DNA from: Zootoca vivipara
Taxonomy: Eukaryota
Direction of reading: 5' to 3'
Length of the DNA: 64,000 nt
NCBI RefSeq assembly: GCF_963506605.1
Contig: NC_083279.1
Span: 19,902,001 to 19,966,000 of the forward strand
Of the stretch, positions 39,831 through 49,853 are shown in pieces (the stretch's first letter is position 1; every line of letters starts with the position of its first letter). Below the pieces are notes generated by a model that worked only from the letters and a program-made list of their open reading frames with translations, was not told the DNA's origin and did not search any database. The position numbers were made by a program, and so were the translations under genes.

Positions 39831-41473
39831 CAGTGGTACCTCGGTTTACGAACACCTCGGGTTACGAACTTTCGGTTTACGAACCATCGAAACCCGGAAG
39901 TAAGTAACCCGAGGTTTCCGAGGCCTATGGAGGCCTCCACGGAGGCATCGGAGCGTCCGCGACTGGGACGCAGCCACAGAAGCGCTCCGATGCCTTCACG
40001 GAGGCTAACTGTGTGGAAAGGAGCCCTGCGGCTGCGGCCGCGTCTCTTTCAAAGCGGGTGGGGGGGGTCCCTTTGGAAGCGCTTACCTTGCGCATAGAAA
40101 ACAGCGGTGAGAGGCTTGGCTGCGCGGCGGTGGCGCTCGCAGCTCTCCTTCCCTCTCTACGTGGTGCCAGCCGGGCGACCTTTCTCCTCCTCAGAGCAGC
40201 CACCACCACCACCAGGCGCCAGGACTGGCTGGGGTGGCTCGAGGTGCGCCTGGCTGTGCTTGGAGCGGCGGCGGCGGTAGCAGCGGCGGCTTCTCTCAAG
40301 CCCGAGCCTCTCCACACTGCAGGGGCGCAACGGTGAAGGCCCGGCCTCGCTTCTCTTGACCCCTCCGCGAGGCCGGGCCTTCACCGTCGCGCTCCTGCGA
40401 TGCCTCTCCACATTAGCGCGACGGCGAAGGTGGAGAGACGTCGCAGGAGCGCGACGCTGAAGGCCCGCTTCTCTTGAGCCCTCCGCGAGGCCGGCTCAAG
40501 AGAAGCGGACCTTCGCCGTCGCGCTCCTGCGATGCCTCTCCACATTAGCGCGACGGCGAAGGTGGAGAGACGTCGCAGGAGCGCGACGCTGAAGGCCCGC
40601 TTCTCTTGAGCCCTCCGCGAGGCCGGCTCAAGAGAAGCGGACCTTCGCCGTCGCGCTCCTGCGATGCCTCTCCACATTAGCGCGACGGCGAAGGTGGAGA
40701 GACGTCGGAGGAGCGCGACGCTGAAGGCCCGCTTCTCTTGAGCCCTCCGCGAGGCCGGCTCAAGAGAAGCGGACCTTCGCCGTCGCGCTCCTGCGACGCC
40801 TCTCCACATTAGCGCGACGGCGAAGGTGGAGAGACGTCGCAGGAGCGCGATGGTGAAGGCCCGGCCTCGCGGAGGGGTCAAGAGAAGCGAGGCCGGGCCT
40901 TCACCGTTGCGCCCCTGCAGAGTGGAGAGGCTCGGGCTTGAGAGAAGCCGCCGCTGCTGCCGCCGCCGCCACTCCAACCAGAGCCAGGCGCACTGCGAGC
41001 CACCCCAGCCAGTCCTGGCGCCCTGTGGTGGTGGTGGCTGCTCTGAGGAGGAGAAAGGTCGCCCGGCTGGCACCACGTAGAGAGGGAAGGAGAGCTGCGA
41101 GCGCCACCGCCGCGCAGCCAAGCCTCTCACCGCTGTTTTCTATGCGCAAGGTAAGCGCTTCCAAAGGGACCCCCCCACCCGCTTTGAAAGAGACGCAGTT
41201 AGCCTCTGTGAAGGCATCGGAGCGCTTCTGTGGCTGCGTCCCAGTCGCGGACGCTCCGATGCCTCCGTGGAGGCCTCCATAGGCCTCGGAAACCTCTTGG
41301 CAGACAGTGAAATTCATGTTAAATTGAAGCTTTAGGGGGTGTTTTTCATCGTCTGGAACGGATTAATCCACTTTCCATTATTTTTAATGGGAATGTTTGC
41401 TTCGGTTTATGAACACTTCGGTTTATGAACAGACTTCTGGAACCAATTGTGTTCATAAACCGAGGTACCACTG
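39831..41473. mobile_element. non-autonomous Tc1/mariner (Tigger/pogo-like) foldback element, GC/CpG-rich
   Basis: TA duplications at 39829-30 and 41474-75. TIRs CAGTGGTACCTCGGTTTA(C/T)GAAC. Internal inverted arms of about 470-500 bp (39911-40411 / 40826-41296). Confidence 0.9.
40384..40846. repeat. tandem repeat, 132-bp unit x about 3.5, each unit two hairpins
   Basis: The marker CATTAGCGCG recurs at 40411, 40543, 40675 and 40807 (period 132); the units are nearly identical. Confidence 0.95.
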
Positions 41474-41541
41474 TATTCTTCATATCTGTGAGCAGGGCAG
41501 TGGGGTGGGGTAAGTGAAGACAAGCTACAACTACTAACTAT

Positions 41542-41720
41542 CTCTCTCTTTGGCGATCACTCGTAGCCGAGTAAGATTGTCTTCCATAAACACAGTTTTA
41601 ACAATGAATCCATAAGTGACTGTGTAGGCCAATTCTGGATCCACACATCCTTCCACAGTGGGGACATTGGTTTCCAGGCAGGAGTTGATCACGGTGTGGA
41701 TTTGCCAAGCATGCCTTCCT
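41542..41720 (-). mobile_element. 3' fragment of a second RTE-clade LINE family
   Basis: Reverse complement of the 3' ends at 56330-56509 and 59495-59660; encodes the CPHCGR..GSRIGLHSH zinc-finger-like end. Confidence 0.85.
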
Positions 41721-42965
41721 CCTATACAGTACAGTATAAGGTTTTCACTGTTCCTGCTCAGGCGGCACAGAAAAGGCATTTTGGTTCCAGAAATTCATTC
41801 CAGTCATGAATATAACACAGAGAATTCCACAGGATGGAGCATTAGTGTGTGAAAATCCAAAGCCAATGATTCCCAGGCATGCACCTCCAGCTGATGGAGG
41901 TATCAGGTGCTATCCTGGCGCCCAGACATCTTCACTTGGTCTCAAGTGGCCAATAGCCAGGTTCAAAAATGCATCTGGTGCCTGGCTAATTTTGAACACT
42001 GAGCAGGAACTGCCCCATATTTGCCTCTTATCAGACCTGGAAGCAGCACATTTTCACCATTCTGCCGCGACAGACACACATTGAGCAATTTGGGTCATTG
42101 CATGATCTGTACATGGCAAGCAATTTGCTCTCTAATAATGTACATGGGAAAAGGTTTTTAAAATCAGCCTTTAAAGATAACTTCTGCCCGTTAAGTCAAA
42201 CCATCAGGTTTCCCTCAACGTCTCCTGCTTTGCTTTCACAATTCCTGCAGAAGAAGTAAAGAGCAGCGGAATCTCAAAAGTTCTGGTGGTTGGTAGGTTC
42301 TTTTTCCTAGCTTTCTGAAAACTAGGGCTCAGTGGTATTTTCCAAACATTCATGCCACTTAAGCCCCTTCAGATAGCCAGATTGCAGTACCTCCCAAACC
42401 TTGTGGGGAAACAGTTCTTTGGTCTGCTTTTCCATTCCTTCCATTAAAGTTTATTGGCAAGGGCAGATTCCGAAATGCATAAACAATTGGGAGTAGAGAA
42501 CTATGGGTGGTAATTGCTCGATATTGATTAATCCATGGTAGCAGTGTGTGACCTTGTGTATGTACTCAGAAACATTTTGTGGAAAGAGAGATTAAAGATC
42601 CAGAAGCATAACATAATGAGACTGCCTGACTAGTATCAGATCTTTGGTCCACCTTGGCTTGGAGTAGAAAACCTGTGGCCTGCAGGTATTGTGGTGCTCC
42701 AGCTCCCATCACCCCCAACATGGTCAGGGACAATGTGTGTTACAGGCCAGCAACATTTGGAGTGCCAGGTGTTTCCTATCCTGAATCTAGCCCAGTATTA
42801 TGTGCTCTCACAGGCAGTACCTTTAACCTGGGGCAGAACTCAATCCCAGCCCTGCTACCAGATTTAACAGAGCTGAAACTGAGGAGCATTTCAAACAATG
42901 GACTGGCTGTGAGAGATTCACGGTTAAGCATCTGGCTAGTTCAGAGGACAACCTTGAGCTAGGGT

Positions 42966-43087
42966 CATGGGCAGCTGTCCCCCTCCAAATCAAGTACCGG
43001 TAAATAAAAATACTTAACCAAACACATTGCAGATACCATAGCTTGGTTCTGCCCCACCCCCCAACATAAATCCTGTCTATGCCCATG
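42966..43087. mobile_element. small hAT-like element (CATGGGC...GCCCATG termini)
   Basis: Inverted termini and a flanking AGCTAGG duplication; sister copy at about 54390-54510. Confidence 0.65.
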
Positions 43088-44949
43088 AGCTAGGTTAAGA
43101 TCTTTGCGAACTTAAAGGAGAAAAGTAACTTGATCCAGGGACAGTCCACATACATATTGGCCTATTCCAACCTCTTTCTTAATGGTGATTGTTCCTGCTC
43201 AGGCTGCACAGAAAAAAGCAATTTGGTACCAGAACATCATTCAGATTATGCAGATAAAATATAACAGATAGAATTCTACAGTATGGAGTATTAGTGTGTG
43301 AACACAGTCCAGATCCAAGGATCCCCAGATGGTGAAGATGTCAGGCACCATCCTGGTACCCAGGCATCTTCACTTGGTTGCAAGTGGTCGAAAGCCAGGT
43401 GCAAACACATCTGGCTAATTTTGAACACTGAACGCGACACAAAGGCTGGCAACATCAACCCTGCCATGTGGAAATCCCTTGCAGACAACTGCAGTGCCTG
43501 GAAACTGGAGAAGGAATGACCACTGGGAGGAGTGCAGGGAGAAGGCAGGCCATGGTGCATCTGCAGCAGCATAACTAGATGCCTTCATCTGCCCCAGCTG
43601 CGATAAAACATGTCTCTCCCATGTCCGTCTCTACCGTCCAACAGCCTGATTCCACCTGCACTCCTCCATTTACTCCCGGGACAGATCACCACCACCACCA
43701 CCAGAGCTACATACGGCCCTCCCCTCCAATGCCAGATAGAACCAGGCCAAAATTTCAGGGCCATCCCAAGGCATTTTGTTGCCGCAATCAGAGCCCAAAC
43801 AAACCTTTGCTAGGACCAACACTTTTAAACAGACTCGCTAGGCCATTCATGCACCAGTTACTGCCTTCACCTATCCCCACACTGATGGCCTTGCCTGAAG
43901 CATGTCACATTGTCTTGCTGCTTGGCCAGACAACCCACCCATGCAAGAGCCCAACTATGATGCCGGGGCAGGGAACCTTCTCCAACCTGCGGCCACTTTC
44001 CCTTGTAGGAACCTTCCAGAGACCACAGGGCATTGGTTGGCAGAGAAAGTAAAAGTGGGTGGAGCCACAAATGCTAATTTACTCACACCTTCCTCTCTAG
44101 CCTCCATCCAAGCTATCTTTAATGCAGTTAATAATCCTCTTTTAAGAGCATTTGAGCTGGAGAGGTTGACAGACCTTTGCTTCTCTAAGCATCATCTAAA
44201 TAAAAAGAGGCAAGTTCAAAATGTTTTAAGGGCAGACCTATTTAAAGCCGGAAGCTTAAACACGCTCATTAAGAAGGAAACCGCACTGTCTTTAGTAGTA
44301 ATGATTAATGAGTAAACAAGATTGCATGGGGTTGGACTAGATGGCCCTAGGGGATCCCTTTTCAATTCTACAATTTTAGGCTTAAAATAGTGCTGTGGCT
44401 GGGACCCTGAACATACTTCAGTACTCAGATTATCTCTTATATGCTTCCCAGAGTTGTAGGTGGCTGGGTTTGGAGATGCTGGGTTTTGAACCTGGGAACT
44501 TTTGGGTGTAAAAGCAAATGGCCCACCGCTGACCTAAGACTTTCCCCTAAAACAGTAGAAACTTGGGAAGCAGGCTTCCATTGTATCCACTAACTGGCTG
44601 CAACTGCCTCCAGGTTTTCAGTCTTTCCCACCTGGGGATGAACCCTGGGACCTGCCACACCTTCTCTCCAATAAAGCAACCATCTTTTCTTCCCCCATAG
44701 ATGCAGTGTGATTTCTCTCAAGTACCTGGGAAAGGGCTGTTGACTTACCCCCGAGGCATCCTCGCTGTCCCACCCCTGGGTGCCCCGCCTCCAGCTTACT
44801 TGGGGGGAGAGGGGGGAGCTGGTGGATCTTCTCGTCGGGCCCGAGGAGGCTCGTTTGCATGACAGTGGCGATTCTGCAGCGGGTCATCTGGGCTGTGCGG
44901 CTAACGGGCTTAGCCTGGGCTGTTTGGGAGAGGTTAACCCAGCTTGTAG

Positions 44950-45330
44950 GGAGGGTAAATAAACAGAACAAGCCGCCTTTGTCCTCTATTCAGGCCGGCC
45001 TCTCCTCCCGAAGGCGAGCCGCATTGAAGGCGCAGAGATCAGCTTGTGGCTGCCAGGGGGACTCCCGAGGAAGTTGCGAGCGCCAACAATCAGCCAGTTT
45101 GTTTCTCCTCCTCATTAAATCATCGCCTTTTGTGCGGGGGCCCCGCAAAGAGTGTTCCTTAAGAAATTAGCAGAATGCGGAGTTGCAAACCGGGCCCCAA
45201 CCTTTTCATGACCTACAAGCTGCGCTTAAGACGGGCGCTCCGGGAAAGCTGCTCTGTTTGCTTAAATGGGTAAATAGAAAACACTTGCGGGGGGAGGAGT
45301 CATTGAGCCTGTCGACTGATTAAATTTAAA
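44950..45330. promoter_or_regulatory. candidate conserved enhancer (CpG-rich, non-repetitive)
   Basis: Elevated CpG with SOX-type (CTTTGT, ACAAT, CATTGA) and homeobox (ATTAAAT, GATTAAAT) motifs, downstream of CLYBL towards the expected ZIC5/ZIC2. Inference only. Confidence 0.35.
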
Positions 45331-45860
45331 GTGGATCCCCCGCCCTAAAACACACACACACACACACACACACGTGTACACATGTTAGGAAAACAAAGCT
45401 GAATGTGAGCACCATGAACCTGTTCTTAGTGATCTGCAGTTGAATGTTCCTGGGCATGCACAGAGTGCTTTCAGCTCTGAGTGACCAATTCCTAGAGACA
45501 TTTAGCTTAAGAGGTGGGGCTTTAACGAAGGGGGATGTAGCCTTCCAAAGGACGTCGGCCACATCGCCTCCCTTCCTCCCCCCGCCTTAAAAACCGGCTG
45601 TTTTTTAAACGTCTTGATCTTATGAACACTTAGGGGTAAGTCCCACTGAAGTGGAAGGGGCGTTTTTTCGAGTAACCTCTTGTAGAATAAGCTGCACCAG
45701 CGTTGGCCTACTAGCAAGGAGGAAACGTTTCTGAGAGCAGAGGAGGGCCAGGCAGCCCCGGCGCCAGAAAAAAAGAAGGCTAGGGAAAGGAAAATGAGGA
45801 TCTGATCTGGATAATCCTAACGAACGATTTTCCAAAAGAAAAAAAAAGGCACCGACTAGG

Positions 45861-45995
45861 CATGGTTTCCCAAATTTGGGTCTCCACCGGCTTTTGGACT
45901 ACAACTCCCATCATCCCTAGCTAGCAAGACCAATGGTCAGGGATGATGGGAATTGTAGTCCGAAAGCAGCTGGAGAACCAAGTTTGGGAACCAGG
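45861..45995. mobile_element. palindromic hAT MITE
   Basis: GACTACAACTCCCATCATCCCT ... AGGGATGATGGGAATTGTAGTC; relatives at 1531, 38177, 50810 and 60710. Confidence 0.75.
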
Positions 45996-46640
45996 GCAAT
46001 GTCTCCCACTAGTTCTGAGGCCGCTCCAAACCCTTGTTTTGGTTTTTGCCTCCAACAGGCAGCAAAACCAAAAGGCCCGCGCACACACAAACCTGCACTC
46101 TCGTGAAGTCAAGCTCCGGTTAGCAAGCCGAGGAGCCAAGCAGTCTCTCCAACTCCGGAGCAAGATTAAGAACTAACGGGACGAAGCTGAGCTCGAGGAA
46201 TCAGTAGGTCTTGCTTTCTGAGCAGACGCGATCAAGATGGCGCTGCAAGCCCTTGCCAGGGTTTAACTGGCCTCATTAAAGTGCCCGAGATGCGATTCCA
46301 CCTTTCCTTCTTTTTTTCTCTCACACACGCATGAGGAAACACCATGTTTTTTGTATGTTGCTTCTTAAAAAAAATGTTTTCATTGAAAGATTTTCATTAT
46401 GGATAACAAAGGTGCATATGACTCTTGTTTTCAATTCATAGTGTCTTTTCTACATTGGTGGTGGTTGGGAGAGAGAAGTAGAGAGTGGGGGGGAGAGAGA
46501 GAATGATATCTCATTCTTTTGCTTAGTGTATGCATAGTTTTTGCATCAGCATCACATGGATGTGTTATTTTTGTTTGCAGTGGTTTGTAAGTTTCTTTGA
46601 GTTCTTTTTTTAATAACAATAATAATAATCAAGGCATTGA

Positions 46641-46769
46641 TCCCTTCATGGATCAATGCCTTGTCGTGGCGAAGGGGCTTGAATAACTCAGAGAAGCTAT
46701 GAGCTATGCCATGCAGGGCCACCCAAGATGGACAGGTCATAGTGGAGAGTTTTGACTAAACGTGATCCA
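46641..46769 (+). ncRNA. candidate HDV/CPEB3-like self-cleaving ribozyme in the BovB 5' UTR
   Basis: P1 TCCCTTC/GAAGGGG, P2 TGGATCA/TGATCCA, P3 GCC/GGC, L3 TTGTCGT, P1.1 G-C, a long P4, and J4/2 starting at C46756. Pairings read by eye. Confidence 0.55.
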
Positions 46770-46820
46770 CCTGGAGAAGGAACTGGCAAGCCACTCCAGT
46801 ATCCCTGCCAAGAAAACTCC

Positions 46821-49800
46821 ATGGACAAAGACAACAGGCATATAAAAGTTATGACGCTGGAAGATGAGCCCCTCAGGTCGGAAGGCGTCCAACATGCTAC
46901 TGAGGAAGAGCGGAGGACAAGTACAAGTAGATTCAGAGCTGATGAAGCGGCTGGGCCAAAGCCGAAAGGACGCTCAGTTGCGGATATGCCTGGAAGCGAA
47001 AGGAAAGTCCGATGCTGTAAAGAAAAATATTGCATAGGAACCTGGAATGTAAGAACCATGAATAGAGGTAAGCTGGATGTGGTCAAAAATGAGATGACAA
47101 GAATAAATATCGACATCCTGGGCATCAGTGAACTAAAATGGAAGGGAATGGGTGAATTCAGTTCGGGTGACTATCATATCTACTACTGTGGGCAAGAATC
47201 CTGTAGAAGAAATGGAGTGGCCCTCATAGTCAACAAAAGAGTGGCAAAAGCTGTGATGGGATGCAATCTCAAAAATGACAGAATGATCTCGATACGAATC
47301 CAAGGCAGACCTTTTAACATCACAGTAATCCAAGTTTATGCACCAACTACCGGTGCTGAAGAAAGTGAAATTGACCAATTCTATGAAGACCTACAACACC
47401 TTCTAGAAATGGCACCAAAGAAGGATGTTCTTCTCATTACAGGGGATTGGAATGCTAAAGTAGGGAATCAAGAGATAAAAGGAACAACTGGCAAGTTTGG
47501 CCTTGGAGTTCAAAATGAAGCAGGGCAAAGGCTAATAGAGTTCTGTCAAGAGAACAAGCTGGTCATCACAAACACTCTCTTCCAACAACACAAGAGACGA
47601 CTCTACACATGGATATCACCAAATGGGCAGCATCGAAATCAGATTGATTATATTCTCTGCAGCCAAAGATGGAGAAGCTCTATACAGTCAGCAAAAACAA
47701 GACCTGGAGCTGACTGTAACTCAGATCATCAGCTTCTTATAGCAAAATTCCAGCTTAAAATGAAGAAAGTAGGAAAAACCACTGGGCCAGTAAGATACAA
47801 TCTGAATCAAATCCCTTATGAATACACAGTGGAAGTGAGGAACAGGTTTAAGGATTTAGATTTGGTGGACAGAGTGCCTGAAGAACTATGGATGGAGGCT
47901 CGTAACATTATACAGGAGGCAGCAACAAAAACCATCCCAAGGAAAAGGAAATGCAAGAAAGCAAAATGGCTGTCCAACGAGGCCTTACAAATAGCGGAGG
48001 AGAGGAGGCAAGCAAAATGCAAGGGAGATAGGGAAAGATACAGGAAACTGAATGCAGATTTCCAAAAAACAGCAAGGAGAGACAAGAGGGTCTTCTTAAA
48101 TGAGCAATGCAAAGAAATAGAGGAAAACAATAGAATGGGGAAAACCAGAGATCTGTTCAAGAAAATTGGAGATATGAAAGGAACATTTCGTACAAAGATT
48201 ACCATAATCAAGGACAAAAGTGGTAAGGACCTAACAGAAGCAGAAGACATCAAGAAGAGGTGGCAAGAATACACAGAGGAATTATACCAGAAAGATATGG
48301 AGGTCTCGTACACCCCAGGTAGTGTGGTTGCTGACCTTGAGCCAGACATCTTGGAGAGTGAAGTCAAATGGGCCTTAGAAAGCACTGCTAATAACAAGGC
48401 CAGTGGAAGTGATGATATTCCAGCTGAACTATTTAAAATTTTAAAAGATGATGCTGTTAAGGTGCTACACCCAATATGCCAGCAAGTTTGGAAAACTCAG
48501 CAATGGCCAGAGGATTGGAGAAGATCAGTCTACATCCCAATTCCAAAAAAGGGCAGTGCCAAAGAATGCTCCAACTACCGCACAATTGCCCTCATTTCAC
48601 ACGCTAGCAAGGTTATGCTTAAAATTCTACAAGGCAGGCTTAGGCAGTATGTGGACCGAGAACTCCCAGAAGTGCAAGCTGGATTTCGAAAGGGCAGAGG
48701 AACCAGAGACCAAATAGCAAACATGCGCTGGATTATGGAGAAAGCTAGAGAGTTCCAGAAAAACGTCTACTTCTGCTTCATTGACTATGCAAAAGCCTTT
48801 GACTGTGTCGACCACAGCAAACTATGGCAAGTTCTTAAAGAAATGGGAGTGCCTGATCACCTCATCTGTCTCCTGAGAAATCTCTATGTGGGACAAGAAG
48901 CTACAGTTAGAACTGGATATGGAACAACCGATTGGTTCAAAATTGGGAAAGGAGTACGACAAGGTTGTATATTGTCTCCCTGCTTATTTAACTTATATGC
49001 AGAATTCATCATGCGAAAGGCTGGACTAGATGAATCCCAAGCAGGAATTAAGATTGCCGGAAGAAATATCAACAACCTCAGATATGCAGATGACACAACC
49101 TTGATGGCAGAAAGTGAGGAGGAATTAAAGAACCTTTTAATGAGGGTGAAAGAGGAGAGCGCAAAATATGGTCTGAAGCTCAACATCAAAAAAACCAAGA
49201 TCATGGCCACTGGTCCCATCACCTCCTGGCAAATAGAAGGGGAAGAAATGGAGGCAGTGAGAGATTTTACTTTCTTGGGCTCCTTGATCACTGCAGATGG
49301 TGACAGCAGTCACGAAATTAAAAGACGCCTGCTTCTTGGGAGAAAAGCAATGACAAACCTAGACAGCATCTTAAAAAGCAGAGACATCACCTTGCCGACA
49401 AAGGTCCGTATAGTTAAAGCTATGGTTTTCCCAGTAGTGATGTATGGAAGTGAGAGCTGGACCATAAAGAAGGCTGATCGCCGAAGAATTGATGCTTTTG
49501 AATTATGGTGCTGGAGGAGACTCTTGAGAGTCCCATGGACTGCTAGAAGATCAAACCTATCCATTCTTAAGGAAATCAGCCCTGAGTGCTCCCTGGAAGG
49601 ACAGATCGTGAAGCTGAGGCTCCAATACTTTGGCCACCTCATGAGAAGAGAAGAATCCTTGGAAAAGACCCTGATGTTGGGAAAGATTGAGGGCACTAGG
49701 AGAAGGGGACGACAGAGGACGAGATGGTTGGACAGTGTTCTCGAGGCTACGGACATGAGTTTGACCGAACTGCGGGAGGCAGTGGAAGACAGGAGTGCCT

Positions 49801-49853
49801 GGCGTGCTATGGTCCATGGGGTCACGAAGAGTCGGACACGACTAAACGACTAA
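46821..49853 (+). CDS. BovB ORF: APE endonuclease + reverse transcriptase
   Basis: Uninterrupted frame, open from 46752 with first ATG at 46821. EN motifs GTWNVRTM, LGISELKW, GDWNA, IDYIL, SDH; RT motifs QAGFRKGR, FIDYAKAFD, GVRQGCILSP, YADD. Confidence 0.95.
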   Translation: MDKDNRHIKVMTLEDEPLRSEGVQHATEEERRTSTSRFRADEAAGPKPKGRSVADMPGSERKVRCCKEKYCIGTWNVRTMNRGKLDVVKNEMTRINIDILGISELKWKGMGEFSSGDYHIYYCGQESCRRNGVALIVNKRVAKAVMGCNLKNDRMISIRIQGRPFNITVIQVYAPTTGAEESEIDQFYEDLQHLLEMAPKKDVLLITGDWNAKVGNQEIKGTTGKFGLGVQNEAGQRLIEFCQENKLVITNTLFQQHKRRLYTWISPNGQHRNQIDYILCSQRWRSSIQSAKTRPGADCNSDHQLLIAKFQLKMKKVGKTTGPVRYNLNQIPYEYTVEVRNRFKDLDLVDRVPEELWMEARNIIQEAATKTIPRKRKCKKAKWLSNEALQIAEERRQAKCKGDRERYRKLNADFQKTARRDKRVFLNEQCKEIEENNRMGKTRDLFKKIGDMKGTFRTKITIIKDKSGKDLTEAEDIKKRWQEYTEELYQKDMEVSYTPGSVVADLEPDILESEVKWALESTANNKASGSDDIPAELFKILKDDAVKVLHPICQQVWKTQQWPEDWRRSVYIPIPKKGSAKECSNYRTIALISHASKVMLKILQGRLRQYVDRELPEVQAGFRKGRGTRDQIANMRWIMEKAREFQKNVYFCFIDYAKAFDCVDHSKLWQVLKEMGVPDHLICLLRNLYVGQEATVRTGYGTTDWFKIGKGVRQGCILSPCLFNLYAEFIMRKAGLDESQAGIKIAGRNINNLRYADDTTLMAESEEELKNLLMRVKEESAKYGLKLNIKKTKIMATGPITSWQIEGEEMEAVRDFTFLGSLITADGDSSHEIKRRLLLGRKAMTNLDSILKSRDITLPTKVRIVKAMVFPVVMYGSESWTIKKADRRRIDAFELWCWRRLLRVPWTARRSNLSILKEISPECSLEGQIVKLRLQYFGHLMRREESLEKTLMLGKIEGTRRRGRQRTRWLDSVLEATDMSLTELREAVEDRSAWRAMVHGVTKSRTRLND

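Noticed and set aside
40384-40846. CRISPR-like array of palindromic repeats
   Set aside because: The units are identical with no unique spacers, there are no cas genes, and the context is eukaryotic.
39771-41317. Several long Arg/Ala-rich ORFs, including a 249-aa ORF with 44-aa repeats
   Set aside because: By-products of GC-rich, stop-poor palindromic DNA; the 132-bp unit is divisible by 3. No protein family is recognisable and the ORFs are mirrored on both strands.
46697-49825. Minus-strand ORFs of 80-190 aa within BovB
   Set aside because: Antisense shadows of the RT ORF.
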